Shown in pieces: positions 23,498 through 64,000 of a stretch of DNA of 64,000 nt (positions within the stretch are counted from its first letter, which is position 1; each line of letters opens with the position of its first letter). The notes below the pieces were generated by a model. That model did no database searches, was not told the DNA's origin, and saw only the letters and a list, made by a program, of their open reading frames with translations. This stretch comes from Hormiphora californensis (taxonomy: Eukaryota; Animalia; Ctenophora): NCBI GenBank assembly GCA_020137815.1, contig CM035354.1:496001-560000 (forward strand), in the 5' to 3' direction. The position numbers and the translations under genes are program-made.

Positions 23498-26400
23498 CCC
23501 TTTGACGGCGAGAAGGATTGGCTCGATAGAATTGTCTAATTTTTCGTTTATAAGTAGATATTATCAACACAAAACACCTCGAAAAGGAAATTTGTAATTC
23601 CGACATGTAGTTTTTGCTGGGCCCACTGTAGCATATATCATACCTATCAAGACTAAGAACAAACCAACAACTTTTGAATGTATCGAAGCTACGATCGAAG
23701 GCGGGCATCTTCAGAAAACTAGATTGGTGGTGGTATACAGACCTCCTTCCTCTTCCAAAAAGGATTTCTTGGCAGAATTCGAAGAGTACATATCGTCACT
23801 AAACGGCCTCAGTGGACACCCTGTTATCTTGGGCGATTTCAATATCCATACTGAGGATGACGATGATCATACTTCAAACTCCTTCCGTGATTTGCTTGTA
23901 GATGAGAGATGGACACAGCATGTCGAGGATCCAACCCACGAAAGTGGCGGTACATTGGACTTAGTGATAAGCAGAGATGATGAAGCTTCACCTAGGATTA
24001 GTGCAGTCGAGGTTGCAAAATCCTCCGTTTCAGACCATTATGCTGTCACATTCTACTTACACGTCGGAAAACCAATTCAGCAAGAAAGAAAAGCTGTTCT
24101 GTGCAGAAACATGAAAAAGCTCACTGTTGAGGTCCTATCTATGAAAATAGATGAGTCACAGCTGATGTCAATCCCACGTCCCTCTACACTGGAAGGGTGT
24201 CTCAACCTGTACAACGTCTCACTTCGAGAAATACGGGATGAGATAGCTCCACTACAGGAAAAGGTTATTAAAGACTCGGATCACCCACCTTGGTATGATA
24301 CTCTATGTGAGGAAGCTAAAACCTCCCGCAGGACACGAGAAAGAGCTCTGAAGACGACCTTGAAAGACTCCACGAAGAAAGAAGAACACAAAGAAGCTAG
24401 AACAGCTCTGAATAAAGCTATGAAAGAAACATCCAGATTTCTCATGAAAACCAGGACAAATTTCTATCGTGGAAAGCTTGACTACTTTGGGCCTGGGGGA
24501 CCGTTTGCTGTCGGGGGGTTAATAAACAAACTACGGGGAAAAGAAAAAGACCCACAGGATTTTCCCCAAACGGTTCTTCGAGTAAAACCGCAAAAAACTT
24601 TGGCACTTTCTTAAAAAACGAAAATCGGGGATTCTAGAGACGATCAAGTTAAAAAACGAAAAATTTTAACCATTCCCCAAACAAACCAAAAGGGACAAAC
24701 CTGGGGCCACTTTTTTTTCATCCTTCCGTAAAGAAACTAAAGAGGAATCAGTGCTATAATTCAATCTAGGGGGAAAAAAGCACTGTGATCTCTTCCTATC
24801 CCTACCACCCAAACTCGTAGGTGTTCTCCCAAGTTACCCCCCTCTTTCTTTTACATTGTCAAAAAAAGCCTCAAAGAAGGTTTTAGTCCTGAACACTGGG
24901 AAACAAAACACTGATTCGGGCCCCCCGGGTTTAAGAAGAAAGGAAACCCGGAAAACTAAAAAACACAACCGGGATCCAAAAATTTGCTTTTAAAATCCAA
25001 ACAATTGAAAAATGTGCGTCTATACAAACTTACGGAGCACTTGAGACAACAACTGTTTCCAGGGGTTCAACGGCTTTCCCCGGAAACCAAAACCCCCCCA
25101 AACCAAAACCCCGGGCCCCCCCTGGTAAAAATAAATGAATGATCTTCTTCTAATTACAGACAAAGAAGTCCGGGAAGGGGGTACTTTTTATTGCTAGACC
25201 TCCGTTCCTGCCTTCGACACGATTTAAAACCCTGAATTGTTACTTGGGAAAAATGAGGAGGGAATTTTGGCGTTTAGGTAATTTTTTTGAATGGTTTTTT
25301 CCCCCCTAAACCCCAAAGATAGGAAAAACTTTTGTGAAATTGGGGACCTCCCCAAATCCTCGCCCTTAGCCTCAACAAACGGGGTGCCCCAGGGCTCTAT
25401 ACTTGGACCACTGTTGTTCATTCGGGACAAAAAAAGAATTTTTTGGGAAAATTTCTAAAGGGCCCATGGGGCTGATGGTGGGCTCTATGCTGACGATACT
25501 CAGTTGTAAAGTTTCTTTCACAACGATTCTCCCTAGCCCCCGAGACGAAATGCAAAGGGTTTCTTAAAACCCCATAAAAACGTGGATGTTTCCAAAAACT
25601 TCCTCAAGCCCCCCCCACCCGCAAAACTGAAATAATCTGTTTAACAACAAACATGTAAAACAGAAAAACCCCAAAGCCTTCAAAAGATGAAACAACCAGA
25701 ATTACAAAGCCCTTAACCCATAAGGAACCTGGGGGTATTTCTGGACTCGAGCTCTCCCTATCTGGTCACGTATCCAAACCGAAGGACTGTCAAATAGCCC
25801 TTAAAAATTTTTTTGGAAAAACCCACAAATGTTGGGTGTTAAACTGAAAGTCAAACTCGTTAAAAATTTTTAAAACCCCAGGGAACTGACTACTGTAAAA
25901 AAGCCCCCCTTGCTTTGGTTTTTTCTGCCAAAGACTAGGGCGAAAACAGAAGAATTTAAAACTCTGCACCGGTTTCGGGCTTTTTTCAAAGCCCTTTCCC
26001 CCAAGGGAAACCCCAAACCTTCGCAACAGCTTTATTTCCTACCCTTTTGAGAAAAAAGTGCAGTACAATTTTTGTCTACTACATAAAAAAAAACCCCAAA
26101 GGTAAAAACCCCCCCCCTTACCTATCGAAGAGATAACACCCCTCAAACCCAAGTTAAAAAATCTACGAAGGGGTGGGTGACAAAAACCCTTCTTACAAAA
26201 ATATGCCAGATATTTTTTCGAGTAAAAGGGGCGTTTAGTGTCGGGTGCTCCCGGAAAAATGGAAAACTTTCCTTCTTCTCTTCCCGGGAAAACTCATCCA
26301 TCACACATTCAAATTCCCCCCCCGAAAACCCCCCCCTTCTTTTTCCGGGAAAAGGCCCACGAGTGCTAAAAAAAAAAATTTGTAAAGACAATTTTAAATA

Positions 26401-26612
26401 TGAAATTGTGGGAGAGAGATGAGAGAGGTTTTAAAGGGTCCCCAATTAAGTGTGATACCCCCGAAATTAGAAAAGACCCCGGACTCTTTTTTTACTCACT
26501 CTTTCTAAAGGGGCTTTTTACTAATTTTTTATTTAAATACTTGTTCTTTTTTGTGACGGATCCTCCAAAAACTCGGGGAAAAAAAAGGCCCCGGGGGTTT
26601 AAAAATCAAAAA

Positions 26613-26644
<32 letters not shown>

Positions 26645-26664
26645 AAAGTAAAGCAGAAAAAATC

Positions 26665-26704
<40 letters not shown>

Positions 26705-29632
26705 CAACAAAAAAGGGGCCAAAAAAAAAAAAGGGGGGTATAAAAAATTTAAAAGGGCACCAAAATTGGGGGTATTGGGGGTGGAAGGGGGTTTCCCTGA
26801 GGTGTTTCCAAATGGGGCAAATTTTTTCTTCACTTATAAATGCAAACCAGGATGGTTAGTGGGATTTGGGCCGTGTTGGGCTTTTCTTAAAAAAATGCAG
26901 CCATATGGTGAGTTAGTGGATTGTGTTTTGGGGGTTTTCTTTTAGAAGTGGGAGCCAGTAAAGGTGTAGTGGGAGTGGAGTGTGTTGGGCTTTACTTAAA
27001 GGGAAATGGAAACCAGTAAAGGGGTAGTGGGAGTGGGGGTGTGTTGGGCTTTTCTTTTAAAGTAAAATCCAGTAAAGGGGTGGTGGGGAAATGGGGTGTG
27101 TTGGGCTTTACTTATAGAAGTTTCAAATCGGTATGGTGTGGTGGGAGTGGGGTGTGATGGTTTAAATTATAGAAATACACCCCGTGTGATAGAATTTCCC
27201 CCTACCAAAGAGTTGACTTCTCTCCCGCTCCTTTTGGTTTTTCCTACAGGTTTAATTTGTCGGGTCATCATCCTCCCCCCAGGGTTTTATAAGACAAATA
27301 TCGATTGTTTTAAAGGGGAAAGGGCCCCGGTGGGTAAAGTATTTATTTTTTTTGGGTCCCTAGATCCAAAAGCAAAATTTTTATCAAACTGCGTAAGCGA
27401 GACATTTTTATATAATTTTAATCATCCCCCAAAAAAATTTTTTTTTTTTTTTTTAAAAATCGTTTAAAAAATAAAAACCTAACCCCTTTAGAAAAATATT
27501 TATCTTGAAAAAACCTCTGGAAATCCTTGGTTAGAAATAACCGCCCTTTTTAAACGAGGTTAGTTAGACGAATCCCCCCAAGTGATGCAAGTAGTCAAGA
27601 CCTAACAGAACTCGTGTTGTTCTTTAAAATATGAACAATGAAAAGCGGACAATAAATGTATATTTGTATTTGTATTTGTATTTGTATACTATCGCCCGTA
27701 AGGGAATTCTAGTAACAAATCTAAATTGTACAAGTTTGTGGGTACTATGGCATAAATTTATGCTTTCATGTGGTAAATAGCTACAAGTTCTACAATCGTG
27801 AACGGTTTTTACCAGGAGAAGAAACCAAATTAGAGATTTGTATCATATATGATACTATTGTCCTAAGGGTAAATTCTCCTAAAACATACATAATTCGGGC
27901 TTGAAAAGGAGCTAACAGACAAATGGGGGCACTAAAATGTGTAGAATCATTACATTAGTGGGGGTAGAGCACATATTTAGGTCGCTATCTGGATCCATAA
28001 TTGAGATAATTGGATAATTAGCTAATTAGTTGCCCTGGAGCGCTAATAAATGAGACTTTGTGGAGTATCCAAGACAAGTAGGGGCACTAAAATGTGTAAA
28101 ATCATCGCCTTCGTGGAGGTAGAGCACATAGCTGAGTTTCTATTCCAACTCCTAAATGAGATAATTGGATAATTAGCTAATTGACGGTTGCACACCGTCC
28201 ACTTTTCACCAAATCCCGTGGTTTCTAGGTAATCCTGAGCTCTTTTGCTCAATCTAAGGATCTTCTGACAGTCCCTAATATCCCTAAACCCCTATAACCG
28301 TGTGTCCAAACAATAAATATGGGAAACTGTAGTATATTAGAGGTTGAACGTGTTGTAGGAGCAATAGGATAGAAAAATTCTATAGGATTGTAGTTGGATC
28401 TTGGATGTATGAGAGGTCTAGGATGGAGCAAGAGGGTTCTAAAGAGCTGAAGGCAGTGTCTATGGTTGTATCGAGTGCTATACTATTGTGTAAAACGAGT
28501 CAAAGGTGATACAAATGGGGTTAGGGGTTGTCAGAAGATCCTTAGATTGAGCAAAAGAGCTCAGGATTACCTAGAAACCACGGGATTTTGTGAAAAGTGG
28601 ACGGTGTGCAACCGTCAATTAGCTAATTATCCAATTATCTCAATTAGGAGTGGGAATAGAAACTCAGCTATGTGCTCTACCCCCGCTAAGGCGATGATTT
28701 TACACATTTTAGTGCCCTCACTTGTCTTGTATACTCCGCCTAGTCTCATTTATTAGCGCTCCAGGGCAACTAATTAGCTAATTATCCAATTATCTCAATT
28801 ATGGATCCAGATAGCGACCTAAATATGTGCTCTACCCCCACTAATTTGATGATTCTACACATTTTAGTGCCCCCATTTGTCTCATAACTCCTTCCCAGAG
28901 CAAAGTTTCACGAATAATTAGCACACGCGGGACAGATAATTAGCTAATTATCCAATTATCTCAATTAGGGATCCAGATAGCGACCTAAATATGTGCTCTA
29001 CCCACACTAATGCGATAATTCTACACATTTTAGTGCCCCCATTTGTCTCTTAGCTCCTTTTCTAGCCCGAATTATGTATGTTTTAGGAGAATTTACCCTT
29101 AGGACGATAGTATCATATATGATACAAATCTCTAATTTGGGTTCTTTTCCTGGTAAAAACCGTTCACGATTGTAGAACTTGTAGCTATATACCAAATGAA
29201 AGCATAAATTTATGCCATAGCACCCACAAACTTGTACAATTTAGATTTGTTACTAGAATTCCCTTACGGGCGATAGTATCATATATGATACGGCGCCTTA
29301 AATGTTAATAACTCATTCAATTTTCAATATTTTTTGATGCGGCTTTTTGCATTCGGTCGGTTATGTCGAGCACTTTTATTCCTTCAAAGGATTAGTTGTG
29401 CCCCCAAAAAACAAAAAAATGAGAAATGTTTTTAAAAAAAGGCCGAAATTAGCCTCCTTAGAGGGGCTATAAAAAATTTTTCTTGATTTTCTGAGCTGAT
29501 CTGGACGTGGTTTTAGGTTCATAATTCCTAAAACTAACTCGTGACAAAATATGGGCCACCTAGATAAAACATAAGGACTTCCAGGCCGCCTAGAATAGAC
29601 TGTAGCATATATGCTCTGTCGCCGTCAAAGGG
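23498..29632. mobile_element. piggyBac-type non-autonomous element with a large internal inverted repeat, interrupted by a LINE
   Basis: TTAA|CCCTTTGACGGCGA ... TCGCCGTCAAAGGG|TTAA; internal palindromic motif GTATCATATATGATAC; inverted arms at about 27687-28270 and 28527-29280. Confidence 0.92.
23643..27686 (+). mobile_element. 5'-truncated CR1/L2-clade LINE (APE endonuclease + reverse transcriptase); central part degraded or mis-called
   Basis: EN motifs TFECIE, VYRPP, ILGDFNIH, PTHESGGTLDLVI, SDHY (ORF 23724-24614). RT motifs LLDL..AFDTI (~25190), GVPQGSILGPLLF (25381), LYADDTQL (~25484). The 3' end is AATAAA plus a (TATTTG)n tail. Confidence 0.92.
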
Positions 29633-29711
29633 TTAACAAAACGCTTCTCAATTTTCACCCCGCAGCTTTAAGGCACCGTTTCATGTCTATGGGGCACATT
29701 TGATGTCTTAA

Positions 29712-32257
29712 GGCCAGAGGGGGGGGTCCGGGGGTATAAAAAGTCACTTTCGGTATCTGGTCCGGCTCGAAGAGCCGGACCAGATGACATACTCGGAATC
29801 GATTTTGTGCGCGCTGTTAGGGAGAAAATTGAGGTTAACTTTTGGCCCAAAATCAATGTTAACCTCTCTAATTCTTAGAGTTCGTGTATTGAGACAATAA
29901 AAACTGTTCTAAAAGTAAGGTATCACTAAGGAGAGCATGTGTGAGCAATTTTATGGTGCTATACCTGGTAGTTCTTTAAATTTAGAGGTTAACATATTTC
30001 ACCAAAAAGTAGCCTTTTGGTGAATAACTTGGAACATTTTTACGAATCGCCACTACATTCATCTCATAGACGGCTAAGAGTTGGGCCTTGAAATTTGGCA
30101 GGCATGATCCTTAGATAATAAACTGTGTTTTGAGTGTAACGATTTTTTATTGGAGCCTCCGTTCCCAAGATATTGAGGTTAACGTCTAAAAAATATCAGA
30201 TGTGAAATATGTTAACCTCAATATCTTGGGAACGGAAGCCTCAATCAAAAATCGTTACACTCAAAACACAGTTTATTATCTAAGGATCATGCCTGCCAAA
30301 TTTCAAGGCCCAACTCTTAGCCGTCTATGAGATGAATGTAGTGGCGATTTTAAAAGTAAGGTGTGAAAAAAGACCAAAAAGGTTGTTTTTTGGGCGATAA
30401 GTTAACCTCAAATATCCGAACAACTATATGGCTTAGACCTCTGAAACTTTAAACGTTTGGTCTCCTTGATCAGATCTATCGATTGGTACCATTTTTATCT
30501 GTGAAGGCGACATAAATACAAGATTTTTGAGGTTAACTTACATTTTCGGTCAAAAGTTAACCACAAAAAACAAGGCTTCCTGAGGCAATTTTGCATTTGC
30601 GGGCATCGCACTATAGACGCAGTACCCACGTACTATAGACGCATTATAAACGCATTATAAACGCATTATAGACGCATTATAGACACACGCAATATAGACG
30701 CAATTTCGTAAGCAGCACTATAGACGCAATATAGGCGCATTATAACAGCAATATAAACGCATTTTTATAAACGCGACGCAGTATAGCCGCATTATAGGCG
30801 CACTACCCACCCCAAAATCACCTTATAGACGCACTATAGACGCATTATAGACTGACTATAGCAGCACCATAAACGCTACATAGATCCATATAGACGCATG
30901 ATAGAAGCATTATAGACGCAAATCGCTTTTTATAGACGCCGCGTCTATAAAAAACGTGCTTTTTAAAGAAGCACTTTAGACGTACTCCAGGCTACAGTGC
31001 GATATTTGAGGCGCAGTTGGGCGTTTTATAAACGCATTTTTGTCGCATATAAAAGGAAGCAGTATAGACGCATTATAGACGCATTATAGCCGCATGTGTG
31101 CGAAATCGATAAAGACGCAATATAGACGCAAAATAAAAAGGAGAGGGAGAGAGAGGGAGGGAGGGAGGGAGAGGGAAGGAGAGGGAAAGAGAGGGAGGGA
31201 CTGAGGGAGGGGTACAGGGGACAGAAACAGACGGATAAAGACCTGAGACAGAAGGACAGAGTAAGATGGAAAGAGAGTAAGATGGAAAGATAGTGATATA
31301 GGGACGGTGTGAGACAGAAAAAGAGGTGAGACAGAAAAAAGACAGAGATGGAAACAAACGGACAGAGACAGACGGACGGACAAACACACGCTTACTATCT
31401 CCCTCTCTGTCTCACTCTCTCTCTCCACTCTCCATCTTAATCTCTCTCCATCTTACTCTGTCCGTCTGTCTCAGATCTGTGTCCATCTGTCTCTGTCTGA
31501 TCTGTCTCTGTATCCCCTCCCTCTTTCACTCTCCTTCCCTCTCCCTCCCTCCCTCCCTCCCTCTAGTCTCTCTCCCTATCCTTCTTATTAATTGCGTCTA
31601 TATTGCGTCTTTATCGATTTCGCGCACATGCGTCTATAATGCGTCTATAATGCGTCTATACTGCTTCCTTTATATGCGACAAAATGCGTTTATAGTTCGC
31701 CCAACTGCGCCTCAAATATGGCAGCGTGCGTCTGAGTACGTCTATAGTGCTTCTTAAAAAAGCACGTTTTTTATAGACGCGGCGTCTATAAAAAGCGATT
31801 TGCGTCTATAATGCTTCTATCATGCGTCTATATGGGTCTATGTAGCGTTTATGGTGCTGCTATAGTCAGTCTATAATGCGTCTATAGTGCGTCTATAAGG
31901 TGATTTTGGGGTGGGTAGTGCGCCTATAATGCGGCTATACTGCGTCGCGTTTATAAAAATGCGTTTATATTGCTGTTATAATGCGTCTATATTGCGTCTA
32001 TAGTGCTGCTTACGAAATTGCGTCTATATTGCGTGTGTCTATAATGCGTCTATAATGCGTTTATAATGCGTTTATAATGCGTCTATAGTACGTGGGTACT
32101 GCGTCTATAGTGCGATGCCCGCAAATGCAAAATTGCCGCTTCCTGATACACTTGGTGCGCAGCTAACCTACCCAAAAGTTTCCTACCACCGAGTTACATC
32201 ATATATGTGAACCTCAGAAAAGTACATTTTTTGACCCTCGGACCCCCCCCTCTGGCC
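29712..32257. mobile_element. Kolobok-type non-autonomous element with an internal palindrome (centre ~30196), interrupted by a foldback element
   Basis: TTAA|GGCCAGAGGGGGGGGTCCG ... CGGACCCCCCCCTCTGGCC|TTAA: TTAA TSD with RR...YY termini. Confidence 0.85.
30584..32137. mobile_element. MULE/Foldback-type element with ~550-bp TIRs built from TATAGACGCA subrepeats
   Basis: GGCAATTTTGCATTTGCGGGCATCGC ... GCGATGCCCGCAAATGCAAAATTGCC; exact 9-bp TSD GCTTCCTGA (30575-30583 and 32138-32146). Confidence 0.93.
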
Positions 32258-32797
32258 TTAACTAGGCCGTTAAGTTGATAATTTTATGAGCTTTTTGTTT
32301 TTAGCTCGTTCTTATGACTTATCGATTTTTATTTTTTACTTGTCGCTCCTGTTTTGACGCTGCTCTGCCACTATCGATATATCGTTGGCGTTCCTTGTAG
32401 CAATGAGGTCCCAATTGAGTAGCGGGATATCTAGTTTTACTGGAGTGATACTAATGTATAGCGCCTGTATTCGGGTCATTCGGTAAATTCCTCGCCGTCC
32501 TTATTTTGATTTTTGTTCAAACCCATTTGCCCGCGAAAGGAGGGTCGAGCAATACAAGGCAACTCCGTTCAATATCAGCTAGGGAGTGTGTATTAAGTGC
32601 CACTCGAACGCTCCTTTGATGCTTTCAATCGAATATCCATCCCAGTAATTTTATATTTCATCTGAGGCCAGCGTTTTATAGTTTGTCTAAAACTACCTTT
32701 TAAATCTTGAAATCAGTTTGAAATTTTGACACAGTAATTAAACAATTTAGTTATTGAATGCCATGTACGATAGACAAATATACCATAATGAGATAAG

Positions 32798-63824
<31,027 letters not shown>

Positions 63825-64000
63825 GTAAGTTACAGCTAATACAGACGAACAAAGTTTATCACAATTCACACACAACCAGACTCTGGTGCGCACGAGAACT
63901 ATCATGGTCATAACATTTGCATGACAAACCAGACTACGAGACAAACTAACAGACGGACAAAGTTTGTGACACACTACGAGACAAACAATAAACAGTCATC

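Overview
Intron-containing eukaryotic (animal) genomic DNA that is very rich in (GA/CT)n microsatellites, minisatellites and non-autonomous DNA transposons. It is probably a cydippid ctenophore (Pleurobrachia/Hormiphora-like). That is an inference from a recognisable short repeat at 16.6 kb, an SL-like leader, and nested antisense genes. Six protein-coding loci were reconstructed by hand from GT-AG junctions: (1) a calbindin/secretagogin-like EF-hand gene with two alternative, duplicated terminal exon pairs (3533-7990, +); (2) a TNFAIP8/TIPE gene (about 17.65-20.84 kb, +) preceded by a genome-encoded spliced-leader-like 45-mer; (3) an intronless secreted 178-aa protein with the helix pattern and Cys spacing of a long-chain four-helix (CNTF/OSM/LIF-type) cytokine (22562-23098, -), the most exciting candidate; (4) a KASH5/LRMP-like EF-hand plus coiled-coil gene (about 32.8 kb to beyond the window end, +), whose introns host (5) a white/ABCG half-transporter and (6) a nearly intronless ZFYVE26/spastizin, both antisense. 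An 8.8-kb nest of transposons (piggyBac-type containing a LINE; Kolobok-type containing a MULE foldback) separates the divergent cytokine-like and KASH5-like genes. A recurring pattern is tandem repeats whose unit straddles a 3' splice site, producing arrays of acceptor sites. Several stretches (about 18.2-18.7, 24.5-27.5, 38.1-38.8 and 55.2-58.1 kb) look error-prone, so frameshifts there should not be over-interpreted. All homology calls come from remembered motifs, not database searches.
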